Positions 9,515-18,592 are shown, numbered from the stretch's first letter. The stretch: 64,000 nt of DNA from Eubacteriales bacterium (GCA_045636605.1 JAZTXV010000027.1:15065-79064); one strand, 5' to 3'. Notes: generated from the letters alone by a model not told the origin. Translations and numbers: made by a program.

Positions 9515-9543
9515 ATTTTAGCACACAACTCTTGGCGTGTCAA
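9515..9543 (-). promoter_or_regulatory. Sigma-A-type promoter for the LRR gene
   Basis: Minus strand reads TTGACA-17 nt-TAAAAT with TGC extended -10. Lies immediately after the rsmI terminator. Confidence 0.55.
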
Positions 9544-9570
9544 TAAAAAACGGGCGTTTTTTACGCCCGT
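9544..9570 (-). terminator. Rho-independent terminator after rsmI
   Basis: ACGGGCGT-TTTTT-ACGCCCGT hairpin. The plus-strand A6 run gives a T-run on the minus strand. Confidence 0.7.
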
Positions 9571-9579
9571 AATAACATA

Positions 9580-10464
9580 CTATTGGTTAATTACCTTATA
9601 AATCTCATTTTTAGGAACATTTCTGTCCTTAGCTACCGCCTTTATGGCATCCATCTTGGAATACCCAAGCGCGACATAATGCTCAAAATGCTCCTCGATA
9701 GACATTTGTACCCAAAAGGCATCACTTTTGATATCTGCCTCGCTTGCGCCCTCAATCACAAGAACAAACTCTCCACGGGGCTCAATTTGCTCATAATATG
9801 CAATCGCACCCGAAAGAGTAGTACGAATGATTTCCTCGTTTATCTTGGTAAGCTCCCTGCAAAGAGCGATTTTTCTCTCCCCAAACACCTCAAAAATGTC
9901 CGAGAGTGTTTTCTTCAGCTTGTGAGGCGCTTCATAAAAAACAGTGGTACGTGTGTCGTTCTTTATCTCATTTAGCCTTTCCATACGACTACCCTTATTA
10001 GTGCTCAAAAAGCCCTCGAAGCAAAATCTTCCCGTAGGCAGAGCCGAAAGCGCAAGAGCATTGACAACCGCCGAGCAACCGGGAATTGATGTTACAACAA
10101 TACCGTTTTCTGCGCAAAGTCGCACTAAATCCTCACCGGGATCGCTTATCGCAGGCGTGCCCGCATCGGTGACGAGCGCACAGCTTTCGCCCTCACGAAG
10201 CCGAGCGAGAATTTCCTCGCCTCGCTCCCTCTTGTTGTGCTCAAAATAGCTTACCATCGGCTTACTAATCTTGTAGCAGGCAAGGAGCCTTCCTGTATTT
10301 CTTGTGTCCTCTGCGGCAATAAAATCAACCTCACGAAGCGCCTTTAGGGCCCTTTCGCTTATATCGGACAAATTGCCAATCGGCGTTGCAACAAGGTATA
10401 AAACCCCACCCTGTATCACGTTTTTGTCCTCTCTTGAAACGTTTTTTGACTTAATACTACTCAT
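9580..10464 (-). CDS. rsmI: 16S rRNA (cytidine1402-2'-O)-methyltransferase
   Basis: LYLVATPIGNLSDIS and IAAEDTR motifs. I place the start at the internal ATG at 10462-10464 (MSSIKSK...), which has a GGAGAG RBS. The ORF-track extension to 10557 would overlap the upstream gene. Confidence 0.9.
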   Translation of the reverse strand: MSSIKSKNVSREDKNVIQGGVLYLVATPIGNLSDISERALKALREVDFIAAEDTRNTGRLLACYKISKPMVSYFEHNKRERGEEILARLREGESCALVTDAGTPAISDPGEDLVRLCAENGIVVTSIPGCSAVVNALALSALPTGRFCFEGFLSTNKGSRMERLNEIKNDTRTTVFYEAPHKLKKTLSDIFEVFGERKIALCRELTKINEEIIRTTLSGAIAYYEQIEPRGEFVLVIEGASEADIKSDAFWVQMSIEEHFEHYVALGYSKMDAIKAVAKDRNVPKNEIYKVINQ

Positions 10465-11212
10465 TTTCGCTCTCCAAACTGCAATTTTCGTAAATTTTCT
10501 TGTATCTGTCAGTGTACTCCGTTGTCCCGTCATTGTAAATGTAAATAGGCTTCTCAATGGTCAACCCACTCTTAGCGCCCTTTTTCGCCTGCACCAAGGC
10601 AAGAGACGGCGCACTCTGTGTGTTGGAATGGACAAATACGATACGCTTCGGCTCCAAATCATTTTGTCTGAGCGCGCAAAGAAGGTCAATCAGTCTGTCG
10701 GGACGATACACGCAGTAAAAGTAACCGCCGTGCTTCAAAAGACGCTTGGCGCAAGCGCAAAAATCGCCAATATCCGCATACACCTCGTGGCGTGCAATGT
10801 TTTTCTCGTCATTTTCGTTCGCCTTTCCCGAGCCCGCCGTCATATATGGCGGATTGGAAAAAACAAAATCAACCTCACCCGCCGTGTCAGAGGGAGATAT
10901 CTGCGTTACATTTCTGCAAATAACGCCAAAGCGCTCCGAAAATCCGTTCAGACTCGCATTGCGCTCGGATAGCTCGCAAAAGCTCTCTTGAATTTCAATT
11001 CCGTATATGCGAAGGCACTTGTTCCTCGAAAGAGCGAGCAGAGAAACCACACCCGTGCCCGAGCCAAGCTCAACGCCGATATGCCTTGACCGACACGGCA
11101 AAAATGATGCCAAAAGATACGCATCCGTGCCGAAGGTCAGTCCGTTCGCCTTTTCAATAAGCCTTAAATTTTCGTTTATTTCGTTTATTCTTTCGTCACT
11201 ATTTAAAATCAT
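10457..11212 (-). CDS. SAM-dependent methyltransferase, YabB / tRNA1(Val) m6A37 (TrmN6)-like
   Basis: GVELGSGTG SAM-binding motif and the NPPY motif (FSNPPYM). Start chosen at ATG 11210-11212 (MILNSDER) with a GGAG RBS. Overlaps rsmI by 8 nt. Same position as yabB in Bacillus. Confidence 0.8.
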   Translation of the reverse strand: MILNSDERINEINENLRLIEKANGLTFGTDAYLLASFLPCRSRHIGVELGSGTGVVSLLALSRNKCLRIYGIEIQESFCELSERNASLNGFSERFGVICRNVTQISPSDTAGEVDFVFSNPPYMTAGSGKANENDEKNIARHEVYADIGDFCACAKRLLKHGGYFYCVYRPDRLIDLLCALRQNDLEPKRIVFVHSNTQSAPSLALVQAKKGAKSGLTIEKPIYIYNDGTTEYTDRYKKIYENCSLESENE

Positions 11213-11292
11213 AACAGCTCCGGGCCAACAAAAAACCGCCAAATAAACAACAACGGAGCCCAAAAGACTCCGTTAAGCTGTTTATTCGAAAA

Positions 11293-11460
11293 TTATTCCT
11301 CAACGATAGCCTCAACAGGACATTGAGCAGCACAAGCTCCGCAATCGATGCATGTGTCAGCGTCGATTACATATACATCGCCCTCAGAGATTGCCTCAAC
11401 AGGACATTGAGCTGCACAAGCGCCACAAGCTACGCAAGCGTCAGTAATTTTGTAAGCCAT
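11293..11460 (-). CDS. 2x[4Fe-4S] clostridial-type ferredoxin (55 aa)
   Basis: Absent from the ORF track because it is shorter than 60 aa. Hand translation: MAYKITDACVACGACAAQCPVEAISEGDVYVIDADTCIDCGACAAQCPVEAIVEE. Two CxxCxxCxxxCP motifs. GGAGG RBS at the rc of 11469-11473. Confidence 0.85.
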   Translation of the reverse strand: MAYKITDACVACGACAAQCPVEAISEGDVYVIDADTCIDCGACAAQCPVEAIVEE

Positions 11461-11492
11461 TTTCAAATACCTCCGTAAGAATTTGTAATCTT

Positions 11493-11520
11493 ATTTTATC
11501 ACAAAAATTTCATTTGTCAA
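11493..11520 (-). promoter_or_regulatory. Sigma-A-type promoter for the ferredoxin gene
   Basis: Minus strand reads TTGACA-16 nt-TAAAAT. Confidence 0.45.
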
Positions 11521-11533
11521 TAGAAAATGAAAA

Positions 11534-12421
11534 TTATTTGTCATCATTGTCATTATTGTGCGGATTTTCGTGTTTTTTCGGTCTTGAAATAACAGTAACA
11601 TTATCTCTGTGATAAGCCCTGATATTGCCCTCGCCAAGAGAAACCTTTACAGTCCCCTTAATAGGATTTATTTCAACAACCGTTCCCACACCGTCGGGAG
11701 TCTTGACCGTCGAGTCAACGGGCGGAGTAAGCCTTATCTCCTCAACGTAAGCCTCATGCTCGTAGCGAAGACAGCACATAAGCCTGCCGCAAGCGCCCGA
11801 AATCTTTGAGGAATTAAGAGACAAATTCTGCTCCTTCGCCATTTTGATTGAAACCTGTACGAAATCGGGCAAAAATGATGAGCAGCAGAACTGCCTTCCG
11901 CAAACACCAAGACCGCCCATGAACTTAGCCTCATCACGAATACCGATTTGTCTAAGCTCAATTCTCGTCTTAAAGGTCGATGCCAAGTCCTTTACAAGCT
12001 CACGGAAATCAATTCGTCCGTCGGCAGTAAAGTAGAAGGTCAGCTTTGACATATCAAAGGTGTATTCCGCCTCGATAAGCTTCATTTCAAGCTCGTGCGC
12101 CAGCACCTTCGTTTGACAAATCTTAAGCGCCTCCTCCTCCTTTTTCTTTATCTCCTTGTGCTTTGAGATATCCTCGGGAGTCGCTATTCTTATAACGGGC
12201 TTGAGAGGAGAAACAACCTCGCTTGAAGCGATAAGCTTATTTGCAACGCAAACTCTACCAAATTCAATACCCCTTGCCGTTTCTACAATGACGAAATCAG
12301 TCGTTTTCGCCACACAGCCCTTTGGATCAAAATAATATGTTTTTCCTCCCTCCTTGAAGCAAACGCCGATAACCTCGATTTGCTCCTCGGTGGGAATATC
12401 AGTTCTTTTTTCGTCAGACAT
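11534..12421 (-). CDS. ricT: PSP1-domain protein RicT (YaaT, stage 0 sporulation protein)
   Basis: 295 aa. Cys clusters VCGRQFCCSSF and ACGRLMCCLRYE are typical of YaaT. Sits directly downstream of holB, as in Bacillus. Confidence 0.85.
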   Translation of the reverse strand: MSDEKRTDIPTEEQIEVIGVCFKEGGKTYYFDPKGCVAKTTDFVIVETARGIEFGRVCVANKLIASSEVVSPLKPVIRIATPEDISKHKEIKKKEEEALKICQTKVLAHELEMKLIEAEYTFDMSKLTFYFTADGRIDFRELVKDLASTFKTRIELRQIGIRDEAKFMGGLGVCGRQFCCSSFLPDFVQVSIKMAKEQNLSLNSSKISGACGRLMCCLRYEHEAYVEEIRLTPPVDSTVKTPDGVGTVVEINPIKGTVKVSLGEGNIRAYHRDNVTVISRPKKHENPHNNDNDDK

Positions 12422-12423
12422 TT

Positions 12424-13398
12424 TTATTTACCCTTCCTTTTGGAATTTACTAAAATCGACATAAGCGTAACAGCAGTGTGCGAGTTCATATTCAATGCCG
12501 AAATCGCATCGTCAATCGCCTCGTAGCAGGAAATCAATCTCTCAAGCTTGAATTTTTGCGATAGCTGAGCCGCCTCGTCGGATGATGTGAAAAAGTAAAG
12601 CCGAGCATCTTTGTCACGCTTTACAAGCATAAGGTCACCAATAACCGAAAGCGAAAGCGAAAGCAAATCCTTCAGCTCCTCACGTCCGGTATTGGAGTAT
12701 GAGAAAAGCAGAGAAACGGAGTCCGTGTCATTTTTGATAACACCAAGCGCAATTTCAAGAGCTTTCTCTCTTGCCGCCACAAGCATGCTCGCCGTTTTTT
12801 CGTCGGTTAAATCAATCGCATACCCAAGCGAGCCACACGACGCAACAACAATTTCACGAAGTCGCTCATCGCTCATGGAAATACCGAGCTTGTTCTTTAA
12901 ATGATCTAAAATAACCTCGTTGCCAAGATGCTCCGTTCGCAAAATCTGCGCTCTTGAGCGGATTGTTTCAAGCAAAGCGCCCGCATCGGTTGTCAAGAGA
13001 AAGAAAACAACATTCTTCGGCGGCTCCTCAAGTGAAATCAAAAGCGCATTTTGAGCCTTAACGTTCATCTTGTGCGCATTTTCAAGAATGTAAATTTTAA
13101 ATTCACTTTCATTTGGCGCATCGTAAAGCCCCTGCTTTATCTCACGCACCTGGTCAACCTGAGTTATTTCAAAATATCTCACATCGGTGTGAATACCGTC
13201 AAGCACCTTTTTACAGCTTTTGCATATGCCACACGGACGTTCAAGCTCGCTCTGGCACAAAATTCCTGCGCTCGCAAGAGTGGCAATCAAGCGCTTACCC
13301 GTACCAACGTCGCCCTCAATTATGTAAGCGTGAGAGAACCTCTCGCTTTTGATAGCACGAGCGAGAGTTTTCTTTATATCATCATTGCCGATAAGCAT
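12424..13398 (-). CDS. holB: DNA polymerase III subunit delta-prime
   Basis: SHAYIIEGDVGTGK P-loop-like motif and the CGICKSCK zinc module. Start taken at ATG 13396-13398 (MLIGNDD). An upstream ATG at 13437 is possible but has no RBS. Confidence 0.85.
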   Translation of the reverse strand: MLIGNDDIKKTLARAIKSERFSHAYIIEGDVGTGKRLIATLASAGILCQSELERPCGICKSCKKVLDGIHTDVRYFEITQVDQVREIKQGLYDAPNESEFKIYILENAHKMNVKAQNALLISLEEPPKNVVFFLLTTDAGALLETIRSRAQILRTEHLGNEVILDHLKNKLGISMSDERLREIVVASCGSLGYAIDLTDEKTASMLVAAREKALEIALGVIKNDTDSVSLLFSYSNTGREELKDLLSLSLSVIGDLMLVKRDKDARLYFFTSSDEAAQLSQKFKLERLISCYEAIDDAISALNMNSHTAVTLMSILVNSKRKGK

Positions 13399-13587
13399 GT
13401 CAAAATTTCCCAAATCAAGCCCTCCCTCGCAGCACATTCATACTATCATATTCAATAGTATAACATACAAGACGGCAGTATGTCAAATGGAAAATAAGAT
13501 ATTTTTGTAATATTTGTTACTAAATCACCATAAAATACACCGAAATTTATGCAACAGGGAAAAAATTTTACAATTTTGAAAAAATAC

Positions 13588-13616
13588 TTGAATATTTTGG
13601 TAAAATGGTATAGAAT
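13588..13616 (+). promoter_or_regulatory. Sigma-A-type promoter for gap
   Basis: TTGAAT-17 nt-TAGAAT, about 65 nt upstream of the gap ATG. Confidence 0.5.
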
Positions 13617-13680
13617 ATATACTTGGTAGGGAACGGAATAAATTCCATACACAAAATTAAAAAAATCGGAGGACTTTAAA

Positions 13681-14700
13681 ATGTCAGTTAAAGTTGCAAT
13701 TAACGGCTTCGGCCGTATCGGACGTCTTGCATTCAGACAGATGTTCGGAGCAGAGGGCTACGAGGTAGTAGCAATCAACGATCTTACAAGCGCAAAAATG
13801 CTTGCACACCTTCTCAAGTACGATACAGCACAAGGCAAGTACGCATTGGCTGATACCGTAACAGTTGACGAAGAGGCAAACAGCATCACAGTTGATGGAA
13901 AGACAATCAAAATTTACGCAGAGAAGGACGCAGCTAACTGCCCTTGGGGTGAGCTTGGTGTTGACGTAGTTCTCGAGTGCACAGGCTTCTACTGCTCAAA
14001 GGAAAAGTCAATGGCTCATATCAACGCAGGTGCAAAGAAGGTAGTTATTTCCGCTCCTGCAGGAAACGACCTTAAGACAATCGTATTTGGAGTAAACCAC
14101 GATACACTTACAGCTGATGACAAGATCATCTCTGCTGCATCATGCACAACAAACTGCCTCGCTCCTATGGCTAAGGCTCTTAACGATGCATTCCCAATCC
14201 AAAGCGGTATTATGACAACAGTTCACGCTTACACAGGCGACCAAATGATTCTCGACGGCCCACACAGAAAGGGCGACCTCCGTCGTGCTCGTGCCGGCGC
14301 ACAGAACATCGTTCCTAACTCAACAGGCGCTGCAAAGGCTATCGGTCTTGTAATTCCTGAGCTCAACGGCAAGCTTATCGGCTCTGCACAAAGAGTTCCT
14401 ACCTGCACAGGCTCAACAACACTTCTTGTTGCAGTAGTTAAGGGCGAGGGCGTAACTAAGGAAGCTATCAACGCAGCAATGAAGGCTCAGGCTACAGATT
14501 CCTTCGGCTACAACACCGACGAAATCGTTTCCTCTGACGTTATCGGTATGCGTTACGGCTCACTCTTCGATGCAACACAAACAATGGTTGCAAAGATCGA
14601 CGATACCACATATCAGGTACAGGTTGTTTCTTGGTACGATAACGAGAACTCCTACACCAGCCAGATGGTTCGTACAATTAAGTACTTCGCTGAAATCTAA
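13681..14700 (+). CDS. gap: Type I glyceraldehyde-3-phosphate dehydrogenase
   Basis: 339 aa. INGFGRIGR Rossmann motif, catalytic [17 protein letters not shown]. Confidence 0.95.
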   Translation: MSVKVAINGFGRIGRLAFRQMFGAEGYEVVAINDLTSAKMLAHLLKYDTAQGKYALADTVTVDEEANSITVDGKTIKIYAEKDAANCPWGELGVDVVLECTGFYCSKEKSMAHINAGAKKVVISAPAGNDLKTIVFGVNHDTLTADDKIISAASCTTNCLAPMAKALNDAFPIQSGIMTTVHAYTGDQMILDGPHRKGDLRRARAGAQNIVPNSTGAAKAIGLVIPELNGKLIGSAQRVPTCTGSTTLLVAVVKGEGVTKEAINAAMKAQATDSFGYNTDEIVSSDVIGMRYGSLFDATQTMVAKIDDTTYQVQVVSWYDNENSYTSQMVRTIKYFAEI

Positions 14701-14716
14701 TTTCAAACCAAAAAAC

Positions 14717-14751
14717 AAAAATCCTCTTGCTTCGGCAAGAGGATTTTTTTT
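14717..14751 (+). terminator. Rho-independent terminator after gap
   Basis: AAATCCTCTTGC-TTCG-GCAAGAGGATTT hairpin followed by T8. Confidence 0.85.
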
Positions 14752-14764
14752 GCTTAAAATAGTG

Positions 14765-14793
14765 TTGAAAAATCCCCTTGCATATGTTAAAAT
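14765..14793 (+). promoter_or_regulatory. Sigma-A-type promoter for comEC
   Basis: TTGAAA-17 nt-TAAAAT with TGT extended -10. Confidence 0.5.
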
Positions 14794-14900
14794 TATCTGT
14801 GTTAATGTCGATATAAGTCATTTTCCGTAGAATTTCTTTTTGATAGCCTTTTCTTTGCAAAGGAAAAGCACAAATAAAACTCCGAAGGGCAGGTGAGATA

Positions 14901-17135
14901 ATGAGCATATTTAAGCTGCGACCGTTGGCATTCGGTTGCTTTTGCGCAATCGTGGCAATGTATGCGCTTTATTTTCTTGGAAATGTAGCAAGCATTATAT
15001 TGATTTGCCTCGCCGCAGCATCGCTTGTAGCATTCGTTATTCTCACCGCTGTTACAAAAACAGATGCGATGGCTAAATTCTTTTCCCGCATCCTTCCCGT
15101 GTGTCTTTGTCTGATAATAGCCGGAGTCAGCACTCTTTTCACCTTCGCCAAAAGCCAGAGGCTTCTTGAAAAATACGAGGGAGAGCAGGCCCTTCTGACA
15201 ATAGAAATCGTCGATATTATCTCTCAAAGCTACGCAACAACCGCAAGGGGCGTTGCATTTACACCCGACGGCGAGATAAGGCTTCTTGTCACAATCAAAG
15301 ACACCGAAATGGAAAACGGAGCTAAAATACAAGCGACTGTGATGCTCAGAGCCCTCGAGGACAGTGCAATCGGTTATAGCGAAAGGAACGCATATCTCGA
15401 CGATGGTATAATTATGTGCGCCGAAATCGAGGATTATGAAATAATATCTGTCGGAAATGAGGATAGGAAAGGATTTTTCGAGAAAATAAACGAAAAGCTG
15501 TGTGAGTATGTCGAAAAATGCACAAATAGCGACACATCTGCCCTCATTTGCGCTATGCTTTTGGGAAACAAGGAGCAAATCGAGCCCAATATCAGCCGTG
15601 ATTTTTCAAGACTTGGCATAAGTCACATTCTCGCACTTAGCGGAATACATTTGTCTCTTATCACATCAATGATAAGCGCCATTCTTGATGCCACAAGGCT
15701 AAGGAAAAGGACACGATATTTTACATTGATTTCGGTTATGGCGCTTTTTGTTTGTATAACCGGCTTTTCACCATCGGCAATCCGTGCGGCGATAATGCTC
15801 GGAATGTTCTATGCGCTTAATATGATAGGCTTTGACTCCGACGGCATCACATCGTTGTTCTTAGCCGTATTATTGATAATGGTCATCTCCCCATATTCAA
15901 TATTCTCCGTTAGTCTGATACTCTCCTTCGCCGCAATACTTGCGTGCATTTGCACAAGTAAGCTAACAAGGGGTGTGCGTGTGCTGTACCGAATACGCCC
16001 AAAGCTCATAAGAGGAATGATATATACGATAATAACCTCAATAGGCGTAACTGTGTTTACATTACCGATTATGGCAATTTTCTTCGACCATGTATCTGTT
16101 TTTGCGCCAATATTCAACGTCATTTTTGTTCCGATTTTGACATTGCTTCTATACCTTTCACCGCTTGTGCTGCTGTTGGGTGGGATTCCGTATCTTTCAA
16201 ATCTTGTCGTTCATCCGGCTCAGCTTATCACGAGGGTGACGCTTTTCTTAACCGATAAAATTGCGAAAGCCGATTTTCTTACTCTGTCCGTTGTCGGAGT
16301 AGCCAAAGCAATAGGTATTATCATAATCGTGCTCGGCATTACCCTGCTTGTCGCACTTTCCAAGAAAAAACGCAGGATTTCTCTTTGTGTTGTAGCGCTT
16401 GGAATATCTGTGATAGCGACGACAAGCATCTGCGCTTTTGTGTCAAATGTGACAAGCGTTACTATTTCATCGTATGAGCAGTCCTCCGCCGATACAGTTG
16501 CCGTGGAAAGCGAAAATGAGGTTATGATAATTGAAATGTCAAGCCCAAGCCCGACAATCTCCTCTCACTCCATATCATATGCATCAAAGCTCGGATACTC
16601 TGATATAGACCTTTACATAATCACTGACTACGGTAACAAAATTGTAGATTCAGTCGATTATATAACCGATGCCGCAATAATAAGAGGGCTAATGCTCCCG
16701 AGCCCACGTAACGATGATGAAAGGCTATACAAGACGGAAATCGAAAAAATAGCGCTCGAAAAGGGAATATCAATATCGGAAATTCCCGAAAAGCTTGAAT
16801 TCGGCGATACCTGTGTAGATTTTATGGAGTATAAGCGACTTGGAAGAAGCACTCGACGTGTCGTATGCTTCTCCGTCAGTGCAAAGGGCTCAAGGCTTAC
16901 GTATCTTGGCTCGGGCTCGTATGAGGCAATAAGCTATTTCCCGGGAAATTATGCCGCGGCATCTGATGCGATAGTATTCGGAGGCTACGGCCCAACCTAT
17001 AAAGCAAGGTATTTTTACGAGCTTCCAAGACTGAAATGCGCTATCTTCCACGATGATGCAATCAATTTTTCCGACTTGGAAATTCCCGATAGTATGATAA
17101 AGAAGTCAGGACATAAAATCATATTCAAGGGTTAA
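14901..17135 (+). CDS. comEC: ComEC/Rec2-family DNA internalisation channel protein
   Basis: 744 aa. N-terminal DUF4131-like region and a polytopic competence domain (ISHILALSGIHLS). The C-terminal beta-lactamase-like domain lacks the metal-binding motifs (see findings). Confidence 0.85.
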   Translation: MSIFKLRPLAFGCFCAIVAMYALYFLGNVASIILICLAAASLVAFVILTAVTKTDAMAKFFSRILPVCLCLIIAGVSTLFTFAKSQRLLEKYEGEQALLTIEIVDIISQSYATTARGVAFTPDGEIRLLVTIKDTEMENGAKIQATVMLRALEDSAIGYSERNAYLDDGIIMCAEIEDYEIISVGNEDRKGFFEKINEKLCEYVEKCTNSDTSALICAMLLGNKEQIEPNISRDFSRLGISHILALSGIHLSLITSMISAILDATRLRKRTRYFTLISVMALFVCITGFSPSAIRAAIMLGMFYALNMIGFDSDGITSLFLAVLLIMVISPYSIFSVSLILSFAAILACICTSKLTRGVRVLYRIRPKLIRGMIYTIITSIGVTVFTLPIMAIFFDHVSVFAPIFNVIFVPILTLLLYLSPLVLLLGGIPYLSNLVVHPAQLITRVTLFLTDKIAKADFLTLSVVGVAKAIGIIIIVLGITLLVALSKKKRRISLCVVALGISVIATTSICAFVSNVTSVTISSYEQSSADTVAVESENEVMIIEMSSPSPTISSHSISYASKLGYSDIDLYIITDYGNKIVDSVDYITDAAIIRGLMLPSPRNDDERLYKTEIEKIALEKGISISEIPEKLEFGDTCVDFMEYKRLGRSTRRVVCFSVSAKGSRLTYLGSGSYEAISYFPGNYAAASDAIVFGGYGPTYKARYFYELPRLKCAIFHDDAINFSDLEIPDSMIKKSGHKIIFKG

Positions 17136-17137
17136 TG

Positions 17138-17162
17138 ACAGCCACATATGTGGCTGTTTTTT
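17138..17162 (+). terminator. Rho-independent terminator after comEC (copy A of an identical palindrome)
   Basis: ACAGCCAC-ATAT-GTGGCTGT followed by T6, 3 nt after the stop. Confidence 0.8.
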
Positions 17163-17299
17163 CTTCTTTTTTTCAAGGACTCCCCCGTTGTTCAGCTTTT
17201 TTCCGGCACATAGCCTTGATTCTGTGGCGAAAAATGTAGCCAAAGCACGAAATGGCTCATATTCTGTATTGAGCGAAAGCTCGAAAGGAGGAAGGAAAA

Positions 17300-17626
17300 A
17301 TGGAAAATAACCCAAGAAGCTCGCATAGCGCAGACTTCAATCAATTCTCAAAATTTTTAAGACATCCACAGCGTCAAAGAGACAGCGTGCCGTGCAATAG
17401 TAGCGCTCCATCAAGTCCTACCCCGGCACCGACAAATCCGAACGAATCTCCATCGCTCGCTATGGTGTATCCTATATCTCAAAAATGGCAAAGCATCTAC
17501 GATCCCGAAATAGCGCTTATGAACGGAACAATTTTCGAACAGCTAAATAAGCCCTTTTATCCCACAGGGTGCGCTCGAAGCAACGGCTGCAGAGGAAATA
17601 CAAGCACAGGAGGCACAAGAAGATGA
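17300..17626 (+). CDS. cotJA: Spore coat-associated protein CotJA
   Basis: 108 aa with a strong AGGAGG RBS. The region LAMVYPISQKWQSIYDPEIALMNGTIFEQLNKPFY matches the CotJA signature. ATGA overlap with cotJB. Confidence 0.75.
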   Translation: MENNPRSSHSADFNQFSKFLRHPQRQRDSVPCNSSAPSSPTPAPTNPNESPSLAMVYPISQKWQSIYDPEIALMNGTIFEQLNKPFYPTGCARSNGCRGNTSTGGTRR

Positions 17627-17883
17627 ACAATCAGCTAAGTCGTGAAAAGCTCCTTCGTCAAATTCAGATATACGCCTTTGCGGCGTATGACGCACAGCTC
17701 TATCTTGACTCTCATCCCGATTCAAGAGAAGCATTGGAGTTTTATAACAAATACAAGCAAGCCGAATCCCGTGCAATCATGGAATACGAGTCCCGCTTTG
17801 GCAAAATCAAGCTAAGCGGCAAGGAAGATTCGTGGCAATGGACAGACGGACCTTGGCCCTGGCAGAATGAGGAGGACAGATAA
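17623..17883 (+). CDS. cotJB: Spore coat protein CotJB
   Basis: Start at MNNQLSREKLL. The motif AFAAYDAQLYLDSHPDSREALEFYN is typical of CotJB. The ORF-track upstream extension was rejected. Confidence 0.85.
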   Translation: MNNQLSREKLLRQIQIYAFAAYDAQLYLDSHPDSREALEFYNKYKQAESRAIMEYESRFGKIKLSGKEDSWQWTDGPWPWQNEEDR

Positions 17884-18501
17884 ATGTTTCAATACGAGAA
17901 AAAGCTTCAATACCCCGTAAACATTAAAAATCCCAACCCGAAATATGCGAGCATCATAATAAGCCAAATAGGTGGCCCCGACGGAGAGGTTGGCGCATCG
18001 CTTCGTTACCTCACACAAAGAATAGCAATGCCTTATGCTCAAATCACGGGCATTCTGACCGACATCGGAGTCGAGGAGCTCTCGCACATCGAGATGGTGT
18101 CCGCAATCATATATCAGTTGACAAGAAATCTCAGCTACGAGCAAATCAAGGAGTGCGGCTTTGACACGTATTTCGTTGACCATACGACAGGCGTGTACCC
18201 AACAGCCGCATCGGGCTTCCCTTATACTGCCGCTTCAATGGCATCAAAGGGAGATGTTTTGACCGATTTGCACGAGGATCTTGCCGCCGAGCAAAAGGCG
18301 AGAACAACCTATGATAATATTCTTCGCTTAGTTGACGATCCGGACGTGTGTGATGCAATTAAATTCTTGAGAGCCAGAGAGGTAGTCCACTACCAACGCT
18401 TCGCCGAGGCTCTCGGAATCGCACAGGATAAAATGAACGAGAAGAACTTCTACGGATACAACCCCGCATTTGACAAGATGCAACCCCGTGCTTGCGATTG
18501 A
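17884..18501 (+). CDS. cotJC: Spore coat protein CotJC (manganese-catalase family)
   Basis: 205 aa. Ferritin-like EELSHIEM and EVVHYQRF metal motifs. Abuts cotJB. Confidence 0.9.
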   Translation: MFQYEKKLQYPVNIKNPNPKYASIIISQIGGPDGEVGASLRYLTQRIAMPYAQITGILTDIGVEELSHIEMVSAIIYQLTRNLSYEQIKECGFDTYFVDHTTGVYPTAASGFPYTAASMASKGDVLTDLHEDLAAEQKARTTYDNILRLVDDPDVCDAIKFLRAREVVHYQRFAEALGIAQDKMNEKNFYGYNPAFDKMQPRACD

Positions 18502-18521
18502 TAACAAATACCAAAAGCAAC

Positions 18522-18551
18522 AAAAACGCCACTCAAGCGAGTGGCGTTTTT
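18522..18551 (+). terminator. Rho-independent terminator after cotJC
   Basis: ACGCCACTC-AAGC-GAGTGGCGT followed by T5. Confidence 0.8.
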
Positions 18552-18592
18552 ATGGATATATACGATTTTATATAATAAATTAAAATAAATAA

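Noticed and set aside
10465-10557. N-terminal ORF-track extensions of rsmI (to 10557), the yabB-like MTase (to 11263, TTG), nfnB (from 21156), cotJB (from 17569), the HPr-like gene (from 54053) and others.
   Set aside because: The extensions overlap upstream genes or lack an RBS. Internal ATGs with good Shine-Dalgarno spacing give proteins of canonical length and N-termini.
17136-17299. A sporulation sigma-factor (SigE/SigK) promoter upstream of cotJA, suggested by GGCTCATATTCTG.
   Set aside because: Only a partial resemblance (CATATT). I found no properly spaced partner element. A genome-wide motif model is needed.
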